A stretch of DNA of 64,000 nt, taken from assembly GCA_963643355.1 (NCBI GenBank), contig CAVIJE010000001.1, positions 128,620-192,619 of the forward strand. Direction: 5' to 3'. The position numbers and the translations under genes are program-made. The notes under the pieces were generated by a model. It saw only the letters and a list, made by a program, of their open reading frames with translations. It had not been told where the DNA came from and searched no databases. Origin of the DNA: Sodaliphilus sp. Lineage in GTDB: Bacteria; Bacillota_I; Bacilli_A; RFN20; CAG-826. The stretch's first letter is position 1. Each line of letters starts with the position of its first letter. Of the stretch, positions 1-9,762 are shown in pieces.

Positions 1-62
1 ACAAAACTAACTCACTAGTTATATCAAGCTTCACATATATATTAAGAAAGGAGGAACACAGT

Positions 63-572
63 ATGAATGCATCTGCACTTCAAGCTAAAAAGGATTCCGT
101 CAAGGAAATCACTGAAGGTTTCAAATCCAGCAAGACAGTCGCTATCGTTTCTTATCAAGGCTTAACAGTCGCTGAAACGCAAGAACTCCGTCGTACCTTA
201 GCAGAAAAGAACGCCAAGATGGGTGTTTACAAAAACACTTTAGTCCGTCGCGCCTTAGCTGATCAAGGAATCGAAGGATTAGACGAACTTCTTGAGGGAC
301 CAAATGCGTTAGTCTTCTCTGAAGATGTCACTAGCGCCGCCAAGGTTCTCTACAAATTCTCCCGTTTCCACGAACACCTCGTTTTACGCGGTGGTCTCGT
401 TGAAGGAAAACCAGTAGACGCCAAAGGCATGAAAGAAGTTGCCAAACTTCCAACCAAAGAAGCATTACTTTCTATGTTCTGCATGGTTCTCAACGAACCT
501 ATCGCTGGCTTTGCCAGAGTCGCTAATCAAATTAGCGAAAAGGCTGGAGCAGAAGCCCCAGCAGCCAACTAA
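63..572 (+). CDS. rplJ: 50S ribosomal protein L10
   Basis: 169-aa ORF with AGGAGG 8 nt upstream of the ATG. L10-like sequence, positioned directly upstream of L7/L12 in the conserved rplJL-rpoBC cluster. Confidence 0.95.
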   Translation: MNASALQAKKDSVKEITEGFKSSKTVAIVSYQGLTVAETQELRRTLAEKNAKMGVYKNTLVRRALADQGIEGLDELLEGPNALVFSEDVTSAAKVLYKFSRFHEHLVLRGGLVEGKPVDAKGMKEVAKLPTKEALLSMFCMVLNEPIAGFARVANQISEKAGAEAPAAN

Positions 573-591
573 TCTCTAGGAGGAAAAAACA

Positions 592-975
592 ATGGCTGAA
601 AAATTAACAAATGAACAAATCATTGACACTCTCAAACAAATGACCGCCCTTGAACTCAAGGCTCTCGTTGATGCTGTTTGCGCTGAATTCGGCGTTACTG
701 CCGCTGCTCCAACAGCTGCTGCTGCACCTGCTGAAGAAGAAGGCCCAGTCGCAAAAGGACCAACCGAAGTTTCCTTATTCTTAAAAGGACTCGGAACTGC
801 TTCCAAAGTTGCAGTCATCAAAGTTGTCCAAGGCATCACTGGCTTAGGACTTATGGATGCTAAGAAACTCGTCGACTCCGCCCCAGTCGCCATCAAAGAG
901 AAGATCTCTCCAGTCGAAGCTGAAGCTTACAAGAAGACTCTCACTGATGCTGGCTGCGAAGCTGAAGTTAAATAA
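592..975 (+). CDS. rplL: 50S ribosomal protein L7/L12
   Basis: 127-aa ORF with a GGAGG SD. N-terminal helix, Ala/Pro hinge ([14 protein letters not shown]) and a C-terminal domain ending AGCEAEVK, all typical of L7/L12. Confidence 0.97.
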   Translation: MAEKLTNEQIIDTLKQMTALELKALVDAVCAEFGVTAAAPTAAAAPAEEEGPVAKGPTEVSLFLKGLGTASKVAVIKVVQGITGLGLMDAKKLVDSAPVAIKEKISPVEAEAYKKTLTDAGCEAEVK

Positions 976-999
976 GTTTCACCTAATCTTTGAACTTTG

Positions 1000-1039
1000 C
1001 CCTACCCATAGACTACTCGTCGCCTGTGGGTAGGGTTTT
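1000..1039 (+). terminator. putative rho-independent terminator/attenuator after rplL
   Basis: 9-bp stem CCCTACCCA / TGGGTAGGG followed by TTTT. The 18-nt loop lowers confidence. Confidence 0.45.
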
Positions 1040-1063
1040 AGCACTTATAAGGAGGAAAGAAAA

Positions 1064-1681
1064 ATGCCCCAATATTTCGACAATGTCGAAGGAATGGAAC
1101 ATCAAAATCTAACTATCGAATTTGATATTTTAGACCAACATTACTCCTTCAAGAGCGATAAAGGCGTATTCTCGAAAAACAAACTTGATTTTGGAACGAA
1201 ACTCTTAATTGAAACCATTCTCGAATCTAAAGTTTCTTTGGGCGAAAGAATACTAGACCTTGGGTGTGGAGCGGGACCGATAGGACTAATCCTCGCTCAC
1301 CTCGACCCTCTAAGGCAAGTCACGCTTGCCGATGTTAATGAGAGGGCCCTCGAACTTTGCAAGAAAAATGCTGATAATCTTGGCGTTTCTAAGCAAATAG
1401 AGATCGTTAATAGCGACGTTTACCTCAACGTACACTCCACCTTTGATACGATAATCTCAAACCCGCCAATAAGAGCGGGGAAACGCGTCACTTACCGGAT
1501 CTACGATGAAGCATCATCCCATCTTAATGACAATGGTTCCCTAATCATCGTCATAAGGAAAGAACAAGGCGCCTTATCCGTGAAAGCACATCTAGAAGAA
1601 ATCTTCGATAATGTCACGGTATTAGACCGTAAAAAAGGTTATTACATCATTCAATCGTTTAAGAAAAAGGAGCAGTATTAA
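1064..1681 (+). CDS. class I SAM-dependent methyltransferase, RsmC/RlmG-like small-domain (YbxB-type)
   Basis: 205-aa ORF with SAM motif I LDLGCGAGPIG and NPPIRAG (NPP-type motif IV). It occupies the same slot between rplL and rpoB as Bacillus ybxB. Confidence 0.85.
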   Translation: MPQYFDNVEGMEHQNLTIEFDILDQHYSFKSDKGVFSKNKLDFGTKLLIETILESKVSLGERILDLGCGAGPIGLILAHLDPLRQVTLADVNERALELCKKNADNLGVSKQIEIVNSDVYLNVHSTFDTIISNPPIRAGKRVTYRIYDEASSHLNDNGSLIIVIRKEQGALSVKAHLEEIFDNVTVLDRKKGYYIIQSFKKKEQY

Positions 1682-4600
1682 TGCCAAACGAAAAACCATT
1701 CCTAACCGAATTCCCAGGACCTAATGGCAAAAATTATCCAGTAGGCCTCAACCACCGCGTCAACTTCGGAAAGATTTCCGGCTCTTTAGAATTACCATAT
1801 TTGGTTGCCGTTCAAACAAAATCTTTCAAGTGGTTCGTTGATAGTGGAATTGATGAAGTCTTTAGAGAGACTTTCCCAATCGAAAACAACAACAAGACTA
1901 TTTCTCTTGAATATGTCAGCTGCCATTTCGAAGAACCAGAATACAAACCTCTCGAATGCAAAGAAGAAGATTTAACATATTGCAGCAAATTAAAAGCCAC
2001 TCTTCGCTTAAAGAACAATGAAACAGGCGAAATGAAAGAGTCCGAAGTCTATATGGGTGATGTCCCAATGATGACTAATAGCGGCACTTTCATCATCAAT
2101 GGCACAGAAAAAGTCGTTGTTTCCCAAATTATTCGTTCCGCAGGAGCCTATTTTGAGTATCCTAACGAAAAAGGAATTGAATATCACGCTGAATTAATTC
2201 CTACAAGAGGAACTTGGATCGAATTTGAAAATACCAACAAGAATATCATCTATGTTGATATCGACCATTCTCAAAATGCCTCACACAAACTTTATGCACC
2301 TGCAATCTTTAAAGCCCTTGGTTTCCAAGAAAGCGATATTACAGAATTATTCGGTGAATCCGAAGCCTTAATTAACACCTTAAAGAAGGATGAAGGCAAC
2401 TATAATTCCAACCAAGCTTTAATCGAAATCTTTAGAAAATTAAAACCAGGTGAACCAATCACAAAAGACGGAACATACAATCTCTTAATTCAACGTTTCT
2501 TCGATGACAAACGTTATGATTTAGGTAGAGCCGGCCGTTTTAAGCTCACACAAAAACTTGGCATTTATGGTCGTTTAGCTGGCCGTGTCCTTGCTGAACC
2601 TCTTATTGATGTTAATGGCGAGATCGCCACTAACAAAGATGGCGAAGCAATGATTGCTGGCTACACCATCACAAAAGAAGACGTCCAAAAACTCCGTGAC
2701 GAAGAATTCTTTGAACAAGGCGCAATGGAATATGATCTTGCAAGCAAGGTCAATCCTGACTTCGCAATCGGTTCAACAAAAGTAAACATCGTCAAAGTTC
2801 ACGCCAAAGACAAAGTAAGCGAAAAAATCGTTAAAATCATCGGTACTTCCTTCGAACTTGAAGGAACGCTTGATGGCAGCAAGAAGCCACTTCTTTGCAT
2901 CGCTATACCAGATATCGTCGCCTGCTTCTCATATTTTGAGAACATTCGCGATGGTATTGGCTCATTAGATGATATCGATAACCTTGGTAATCGTCGTGTC
3001 CGTTGCGTTGGCGAATTGCTCCAAAACCAATTCCGCATGGGTCTTACAAAGATGAGCAAGACCATCATCCAACGTATGAACACAACGGTCGATTTCTCCG
3101 AAGCAAAGCCACAAGCCTTTGTCTCTATTCGTCCATTAACTTCTTCCATCCATGAGTTCTTCAATACTTCGCAACTCTCTCAATTGATGGACCAAGTCAA
3201 CCCACTTTCTGAACTTGCCAATAAACGTCGTCTTTCTGCTTTAGGCCCTGGCGGCTTAACCCGTGAAAGAACAACCATGGCTGTTCGTGACGTTCACGAT
3301 ACTCACTATGGTCGTATTTGTCCTATTGAAACACCAGAAGGTCAAAACGTCGGTTTAATCAACAACTTAGCTACCTATGCTAAGATCAATAAATTAGGAT
3401 TCATCGAAACTCCATATCGCCGTGTCTTTAAGTCAACTGACGAAAATGGCATAACACATGTTTACGTTTCCGATGAAGCTGAATATCTTTCCGCAGACGA
3501 TGAAAGAGGACTTTATATCGCTGAGGCCAACATGAAAGTTTCCGAACCAATGGAACTTGAATTCGATGGCCACAAAGAAATCGTCAAAGAAATTCTCGAT
3601 GATGAAGTCGTCACACGTCACGACGATGAAAATATAATCGTTAGCAAAGAGGTTATCTCTTATGTTGACGTTTCTCCAAAACAAATCGTCTCTGTTGCTG
3701 CATCTTGTATTCCATTCCTTGAACACGATGACTCTACTCGTGCTCTTATGGGTGCAAACATGCAACGTCAGGCCCTCCCATTACTCCAACCAGAACTTCC
3801 ATATGTCGGAACTGGTATGGAAAGAAATGTCGCTCACGACTCCGGTTTAGCCGTTGTTGCTAGAGCCGATGGCGAGGTCACCTATATCGATAGCACCGAA
3901 ATCACAGTCAAAGAGGAAGAAGGAGAACATACATATTTCTTACGTAAGTTCGAAGGAACCAACCAAGGAACATGCATCAATCAAACTCCAATCGTCCATG
4001 TTGGCGATCATATCAAAGAAGGCGATGTCATTGCTGATGGCCCATCCATGAAAAATGGTGAATTGGCCTTAGGACACAACCTCCTTATCGCTTATATGAC
4101 TTGGAACGGCTACAACTACGAAGACGCCGTCATCATGTCTGAAAACATGATCAAAAACGACACATATACCTCAATTCACATTGAAGTCTATGATGTTGAA
4201 TGCCGTGAAATCAAGGGCGGTGACTCTGAAGAAATCACCCGTGATATCCCAAATACAAACGAAGAATCCAAGAAATACCTCGATGAAAGAGGCATTATCA
4301 TCCCAGGCGCAGAAGTCAAAGAAGGAGATATCCTCGTTGGTAAGACCACACCAAAAGGTCGTGTTGATCCAACTCCAGAAGAAAAACTTCTTATGTCTAT
4401 CTTCGCCGAAAAGGTCAACGATGCCAAGGATACATCATTACGCGTTCCTCACGGTGGACAAGGTATTGTCTTAAAAGTCAAATGCTTCTCACGCCGCCAT
4501 AAGGATCCACTCGCTCCAGGCGTTATCGAAAAGATCAGAGTCTACATCATCCAAAAGAGAAAGATCTCCGAAGGTGATAAGATGTCAGGCCGTCATGGTA

Positions 4601-5460
4601 ACAAAGGCGTTATCTCCAAGATCTTACCAGTCGAAGATATGCCATTCTTACCAGATGGTACGCCAATCGACATGATGCTTTCTCCAATGGGCGTTCCTTC
4701 CCGTATGAATATCGGTCAGGTTTTCGAGGTTCAACTCGGGCTCGCTTGCCGTAAACTCAATATGCGTGTCGCGACCCCAGTCTTCGATGGTTTGACTTCT
4801 GATGAAATCTCAGAACTCATGAAGAAAGCTGGACTTTCTAGCGATGGAAAGACAATTCTATATGATGGACAAACAGGTGAACGTTATCCAGAACGTATCG
4901 CAGTTGGCGTCCAGTACATGATCAAACTCAACCACATGGTTGATGATAAATTACATGCCCGTAGCGTCGGACCATACAGCTTGATTACCTTACAACCTCT
5001 TGGTGGTAAAGCTCAAAATGGTGGTCAGCGTTTCGGTGAGATGGAAGTCTGGGCTCTTGAAGCTTATGGCGCAGCCCATACCCTCCAAGAAATGATGACT
5101 GTCAAATCTGATGATCGCGTCGGAAGAAGAAAGACCTATGAATCAATCATCAAAGGTAACGCTCTTCCAAGATCAAGCATGCCAGAAGCCTTCAAGGTTC
5201 TCACAAAAGAACTTAAGGGTCTTTGCATGGATGTCTCTCTCTTCAATAAAGAAGGAGAAAAGATTGATATGGATAACCTAGTCAAGGATGCCTTGGTTGA
5301 AGAAAGAAAGACTAATTCAGCCATCCGTAACCTCACTAGTGCCCGTAACAATAGTCAAGAAGATGATTCTATTGAAGAACCATCATCTGTCACCGATGTA
5401 ATGGAAGCTGTGGCCGAAGAAGGCCTTAGCGTCACAAGCAACATTGGTCACAATGAATAA
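1681..5460 (+). CDS. rpoB: DNA-directed RNA polymerase subunit beta
   Basis: 1259-aa ORF whose start overlaps the upstream stop (TAATG). Universal beta blocks are present: GDKMSGRHGNKGVISKI, RMNIGQVFE, FGEMEVWALEAYGAAHTLQE. It has an acidic C-terminal tail. Confidence 0.98.
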   Translation: MPNEKPFLTEFPGPNGKNYPVGLNHRVNFGKISGSLELPYLVAVQTKSFKWFVDSGIDEVFRETFPIENNNKTISLEYVSCHFEEPEYKPLECKEEDLTYCSKLKATLRLKNNETGEMKESEVYMGDVPMMTNSGTFIINGTEKVVVSQIIRSAGAYFEYPNEKGIEYHAELIPTRGTWIEFENTNKNIIYVDIDHSQNASHKLYAPAIFKALGFQESDITELFGESEALINTLKKDEGNYNSNQALIEIFRKLKPGEPITKDGTYNLLIQRFFDDKRYDLGRAGRFKLTQKLGIYGRLAGRVLAEPLIDVNGEIATNKDGEAMIAGYTITKEDVQKLRDEEFFEQGAMEYDLASKVNPDFAIGSTKVNIVKVHAKDKVSEKIVKIIGTSFELEGTLDGSKKPLLCIAIPDIVACFSYFENIRDGIGSLDDIDNLGNRRVRCVGELLQNQFRMGLTKMSKTIIQRMNTTVDFSEAKPQAFVSIRPLTSSIHEFFNTSQLSQLMDQVNPLSELANKRRLSALGPGGLTRERTTMAVRDVHDTHYGRICPIETPEGQNVGLINNLATYAKINKLGFIETPYRRVFKSTDENGITHVYVSDEAEYLSADDERGLYIAEANMKVSEPMELEFDGHKEIVKEILDDEVVTRHDDENIIVSKEVISYVDVSPKQIVSVAASCIPFLEHDDSTRALMGANMQRQALPLLQPELPYVGTGMERNVAHDSGLAVVARADGEVTYIDSTEITVKEEEGEHTYFLRKFEGTNQGTCINQTPIVHVGDHIKEGDVIADGPSMKNGELALGHNLLIAYMTWNGYNYEDAVIMSENMIKNDTYTSIHIEVYDVECREIKGGDSEEITRDIPNTNEESKKYLDERGIIIPGAEVKEGDILVGKTTPKGRVDPTPEEKLLMSIFAEKVNDAKDTSLRVPHGGQGIVLKVKCFSRRHKDPLAPGVIEKIRVYIIQKRKISEGDKMSGRHGNKGVISKILPVEDMPFLPDGTPIDMMLSPMGVPSRMNIGQVFEVQLGLACRKLNMRVATPVFDGLTSDEISELMKKAGLSSDGKTILYDGQTGERYPERIAVGVQYMIKLNHMVDDKLHARSVGPYSLITLQPLGGKAQNGGQRFGEMEVWALEAYGAAHTLQEMMTVKSDDRVGRRKTYESIIKGNALPRSSMPEAFKVLTKELKGLCMDVSLFNKEGEKIDMDNLVKDALVEERKTNSAIRNLTSARNNSQEDDSIEEPSSVTDVMEAVAEEGLSVTSNIGHNE

Positions 5461-5479
5461 TTAGGAGGAAGAAAGAATT

Positions 5480-8400
5480 ATGTTTGATATAAACAATTTA
5501 GCCGCAATGCAAGTCGGACTTGCTTCCCCAGATACAATCCGTGGTTGGTCACACGGCGAAGTTATTAACTCCGAAACGATCAACTATCGTTCTCATAAGC
5601 CAGAATTCGGTGGCTTATTCTGCGAACAAATCTTTGGTCCTGTGAAGGATTATGAATGTTCATGCGGAAAATACAAAAAGATGAGATATCAAGGCACAAC
5701 ATGTGAAAAGTGCCACGTTGAAGTTATCTCTAAGGAGTGGAGAAGAGAAAGATTCGGTCATATCGAACTCGTCTCTCCTTGCACCCACATCTGGTATTTG
5801 AAAGGTATCCCATCCCGTATTGGCTTACTTCTCGATATGTCTCCAAAAGAGCTTGAAGAAGTTGTCTATTTCGCTGGTCACCTTTGCTTAAACCCAGGAA
5901 CTTCCACAATTTTGAAGAAAAAGCAATTCTTCAATGACTCCCCAGATAGCAGAAATGCCTTCGTTCAAGCCATTGAAGCGATCCAACAAAGTGGCGATAT
6001 CATTGATGGAAGCGCGGATTTCTACAAAGCTCAAGAAATCATTGAACGTTTACTCAACCCAAATGAAACCTTTGACTTTGCTTCAACCTCAGCTTTCGTT
6101 GCTAAATACACCGATGCCGAATTTGGCGAAGGTGCTGCAGCCGTCAAACGCTTACTTAGCGAAATTGACTTAGATGAAGAATTCAACATTCTTACAGACA
6201 AAGTTAATAACGAAAAAGGCCAAGCTCGTTTAAAATCAGCCAAGAGACTCGAAGTTGTCGAAGCTTTCCGTAACTCCAACCAAAAACCTGAATGGATGGT
6301 TCTCGATGTAATCCCAGTGATTCCACCAGAGCTTCGTCCAATGCTTCAACTCGATGGCGGTCGTTTCACCGATTCCGACATCAATGATTTATATCGTCGT
6401 GTTATCATTCGTAACACACGTTTGAAGAAATTAATTGAAAACAATGCTCCTAGCGTTATTCTTTGCAATGAAAAACGTATGCTTCAGGAGGCCGTTGACG
6501 CTTTAATCGATAACGGTCGCCGTGGCAAACCAACAGTTGGCAAAAATGGTCGCGAACTTAAATCCCTTTCTAGCGGATTAAGAGGAAAGCAAGGTCGCTT
6601 CAGACAAAACTTACTCGGTAAGCGTGTTGACTATTCCGGTCGTTCGGTTATCGCAGTCGGTCCAAATCTTAAGATGTACCAATGTGGTCTTCCACGCGAA
6701 ATGGCCGTTCAACTCTTACGCCCATTCATTTCCGCCATTCTCTTAAAGAGAGGCATTGTTACCGCCCATAAACAAGCTGAAAAGCTCATCGATTCTTACG
6801 ATCCAAAGGTTTATGACATCGTTGAAGAGATAATTGGCCAACACCCAGTTCTCCTTAACCGTGCTCCAACCCTTCACCGTCTTTCCATCCAAGCTTTCCA
6901 ACCTGTCTTAGTCGACGGACACGCTATCCGTTTACACCCACTCGTTTGCCCTGGCTTCAACGCTGACTTCGATGGTGACCAGATGGCCGTTCACGTTCCT
7001 CTTGGAAAAGCTGCCCAATCTGAGGCTCTTAACCTCATGCTTGCTTCCAATAACATTCTTGGTCCAAAAGATGGCAAAACTGTCGTCGTTCCTGGACAGG
7101 ATATGGTCTTAGGTAACTACTACCTAACAGCTGAAGAATCAATCGTCGATATGCTTAACCGTGCGAAAGACCTTCGTAAAGTTACAGTCTATGACGAAGC
7201 TGAAAAAGCAGCTAACGAAAAAGCAGCCGTTCAACAAGAAACATTTGCTAAAGAAGAAGGCAAGATCTTCGGTTCTGTCACATCAGTTTTCGAAGCATAT
7301 GAAACTGGATCCATCCAAATTCATACGCGTATTGTCATTCCTGCAAAAGCAATCCACAAGACATTTGGCGACGACTTAAATGAATTCGCCCTTCCAAAAG
7401 ATGTTGAGAATAAATATCTCATCACCACCGTTGGTAAGGTCATCTTCAACGAAATCTTCCCAGATGACTTCGTCTATATCAACTGCAACAAGCCAGCATC
7501 AATCAACCGCGAAACAATCGAATCTTGGTTCGTTTCCCCTGCTGACGTTCAAAAAGAACATGATGCCCTTGAAGCAAAAATCGGTTCACTCTCTGATGAT
7601 GAAGCTATCAAATTCATCGTTGAGAATTACTTCATGAAAGAAGATAAGAAGACTGGAAAACTCGTCTATATCGACGAACATTACAGAGATTCCGATTATC
7701 CAGAACTCGCGAAGATTGCCTTAGCCTTCCATAAAGATGGCAACAACCTCTCTGAGCATATCTGCTTAACAAATCTTCTTACTGGTATTGGCAAGAAAGA
7801 TATCGGTGCCCTCATCGATATGGTCTTCCATAAATATGACATGAAAGATGAAGATAGAGTCGAACCAAAACCATGCAAAACTTCCGCAATCTTAGATAAG
7901 ATCAAAGACCAAGGCTTCAAATATTCAACAATCTCCTCAGTCACAATCGCCCTTTCTGATATTAAAGATATTAAGAATAAAGACGGATATGTCGCTGAAG
8001 GTCAAAAGAAGGTTGAAGCAATCAATGCCGCTTATAAACTCGGTTACATCGAAAACGAAGAACGTTATAAACAAGTTTGTAAAGTTTGGACAAATGTCAC
8101 CGACCAAGTCGCAAAAGAAGTTGCTGGCTACATGAAGAAAGATAACCGCAACCCATTGATCATCATGGCCGATTCCGGTGCTCGTGGATCATTGGATAAC
8201 TTCAAACAGTTAATTGGTATGAAAGGCTTAGTCTCCAACCCTAAGAACGAGGCTATCGAACTTCCTATTATTTCTTCCTATCGTTCTGGCGTTAAGGTCA
8301 ACGAATTCTTCATCAACACCCACGGTGCTCGTAAGGGCGGAGCCGATACAGCCTTAAAGACTGCTGACTCTGGTTATCTTACAAGACGTCTTGTCGACGT

Positions 8401-9679
8401 TTCTCAAGACGTTATCGTTCGTGAAGATGATTGCCATTGCGATCACGGATATAAAGTCCGTAAGATTGAAAAGGCTGCATCTAGCGGTGGCGAAGCAAAA
8501 GTTATTGCCTCACTTTCTTCCCGTATCAATGGCCGTTTCGCAATGCACGATATCATCAACCCAACAACGGGCGAAGTTATCGTCCCAGCTAACACCTTGA
8601 TCCACGAAGATCAAGCTAAAGCCGTTGAAAAGGCTGGCATCGAAGAAGTGGAAATCCGTTCCATCTTCACATGCCAAACAAAAGAAGGCGTCTGCCGTCA
8701 TTGCTATGGCTTAAATATGGCAACCGGTCACCTCGTTCAACTTGGTGAAGCGGTTGGTATTATGGCTGCTCAATCAATCGGTGAACCTGGTACGCAGCTC
8801 ACCATGCGTGTCTTCCACACTGGTGGTATGGCTGGTGAAGATATCACTTCCGGTCTTCCACGTGTTCAAGAACTTGTCGAAGCCCGTAATCCAAAAGGAC
8901 AAGCCATCATCGCTAAATTCGCTGGTAAAGTCACTGACATTACCAATAATCCAGATGGCTCACAAGCAGTTACCATCACCTCTTTAGCTGGTCCAACTGC
9001 CGAAAATCCTATGGCTGAAGCGGAAGTCTATGACATTCCACGTAATACAAAACTTGCCGATGGCGTTACAAAAGGCGCAACAATCGAAGCAGGCGGACTT
9101 ATTACAAAGGGTTCCAAGAGACTTCAAGATCTCCTTGATTACACCGATGTTTCCACAGTTGAAACATATATGTTAAAGGAAATCAAATCCGTATACGCCT
9201 CTCAGGGTATCGAACTTTCTGATAAACACCTTGAGATCGTTATCCGTCAAATGTTACGCAAGATGTTCATCAATGATTCTGGCGACACAAAACTCTTACC
9301 AGGAACAAGAGTCGACATCGATCGTTACACAGAGGCCAACCAAGAAGCCCTTATCAATGGCTTACACCCAGCTGTCGGCCGTCCATTAATCCTTGGTATC
9401 ACCAAAGCTGCCTTAGAGACCGAATCCTTCCTCTCTGCCGCATCCTTCCAAGAAACCAATCGTGTCCTTACCGACGCTGCCATTAAGGCAAAACGCGATA
9501 ACCTCCACGGTTTGAAAGAGAATGTCATCACTGGCAAACTCATTCCTACAGGATCTGGATTATTCACTGAAGAGGAAGAAAAGGCTCTCCTTAATAACTT
9601 CGACGTCTTAACAAAGATGAAAGAAGTCAAAGCCCAATACGTTGAGGCTCATGACCGTAAGGACAGCATTGCTGACTAA
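5480..9679 (+). CDS. rpoC: DNA-directed RNA polymerase subunit beta-prime
   Basis: 1399-aa ORF with a GGAGG SD. It contains the Zn ribbon CSCGKYKK..CEKC and the catalytic NADFDGDQMAVH motif. It is about 200 aa longer than Bacillus-type RpoC because of several internal insertions. Confidence 0.98.
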   Translation: MFDINNLAAMQVGLASPDTIRGWSHGEVINSETINYRSHKPEFGGLFCEQIFGPVKDYECSCGKYKKMRYQGTTCEKCHVEVISKEWRRERFGHIELVSPCTHIWYLKGIPSRIGLLLDMSPKELEEVVYFAGHLCLNPGTSTILKKKQFFNDSPDSRNAFVQAIEAIQQSGDIIDGSADFYKAQEIIERLLNPNETFDFASTSAFVAKYTDAEFGEGAAAVKRLLSEIDLDEEFNILTDKVNNEKGQARLKSAKRLEVVEAFRNSNQKPEWMVLDVIPVIPPELRPMLQLDGGRFTDSDINDLYRRVIIRNTRLKKLIENNAPSVILCNEKRMLQEAVDALIDNGRRGKPTVGKNGRELKSLSSGLRGKQGRFRQNLLGKRVDYSGRSVIAVGPNLKMYQCGLPREMAVQLLRPFISAILLKRGIVTAHKQAEKLIDSYDPKVYDIVEEIIGQHPVLLNRAPTLHRLSIQAFQPVLVDGHAIRLHPLVCPGFNADFDGDQMAVHVPLGKAAQSEALNLMLASNNILGPKDGKTVVVPGQDMVLGNYYLTAEESIVDMLNRAKDLRKVTVYDEAEKAANEKAAVQQETFAKEEGKIFGSVTSVFEAYETGSIQIHTRIVIPAKAIHKTFGDDLNEFALPKDVENKYLITTVGKVIFNEIFPDDFVYINCNKPASINRETIESWFVSPADVQKEHDALEAKIGSLSDDEAIKFIVENYFMKEDKKTGKLVYIDEHYRDSDYPELAKIALAFHKDGNNLSEHICLTNLLTGIGKKDIGALIDMVFHKYDMKDEDRVEPKPCKTSAILDKIKDQGFKYSTISSVTIALSDIKDIKNKDGYVAEGQKKVEAINAAYKLGYIENEERYKQVCKVWTNVTDQVAKEVAGYMKKDNRNPLIIMADSGARGSLDNFKQLIGMKGLVSNPKNEAIELPIISSYRSGVKVNEFFINTHGARKGGADTALKTADSGYLTRRLVDVSQDVIVREDDCHCDHGYKVRKIEKAASSGGEAKVIASLSSRINGRFAMHDIINPTTGEVIVPANTLIHEDQAKAVEKAGIEEVEIRSIFTCQTKEGVCRHCYGLNMATGHLVQLGEAVGIMAAQSIGEPGTQLTMRVFHTGGMAGEDITSGLPRVQELVEARNPKGQAIIAKFAGKVTDITNNPDGSQAVTITSLAGPTAENPMAEAEVYDIPRNTKLADGVTKGATIEAGGLITKGSKRLQDLLDYTDVSTVETYMLKEIKSVYASQGIELSDKHLEIVIRQMLRKMFINDSGDTKLLPGTRVDIDRYTEANQEALINGLHPAVGRPLILGITKAALETESFLSAASFQETNRVLTDAAIKAKRDNLHGLKENVITGKLIPTGSGLFTEEEEKALLNNFDVLTKMKEVKAQYVEAHDRKDSIAD

Positions 9680-9690
9680 TCAATGAAATT

Positions 9691-9725
9691 AAGCGTAGTT
9701 ATCAAAAATAGCTACGCTTTTTTCT
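9691..9725 (+). terminator. rho-independent terminator of the rpoBC operon
   Basis: Stem AAGCGTAGTTA / TAGCTACGCTT with loop TCAAAAA, followed by a T run. Confidence 0.75.
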
Positions 9726-9740
9726 TTGCTTTTGATGCAA

Positions 9741-9762
9741 ATAAAAAAGGCCTTATGGCCTT
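9741..9762 (-). terminator. putative terminator of the minus-strand GT2 gene
   Basis: Hairpin AAGGCC-TTAT-GGCCTT overlaps the stop codon and is followed on the minus strand by TTTTTTAT. Confidence 0.5.

Noticed and set aside
576-896. Antisense and alternate-frame ORFs of 60-160 aa inside rplL, rpoB, rpoC, fusA, tuf, nifJ, uvrA and the ABC genes. Examples are 576..896 (-), 2799..3164 (-), 12627..13100 (-), 15553..15879 (-), 42768..43169 (+) and 26273..26623 (+).
   Set aside because: They lie entirely within strongly supported conserved genes, have no SD or promoter, and have low-complexity or odd composition. They are shadow ORFs.
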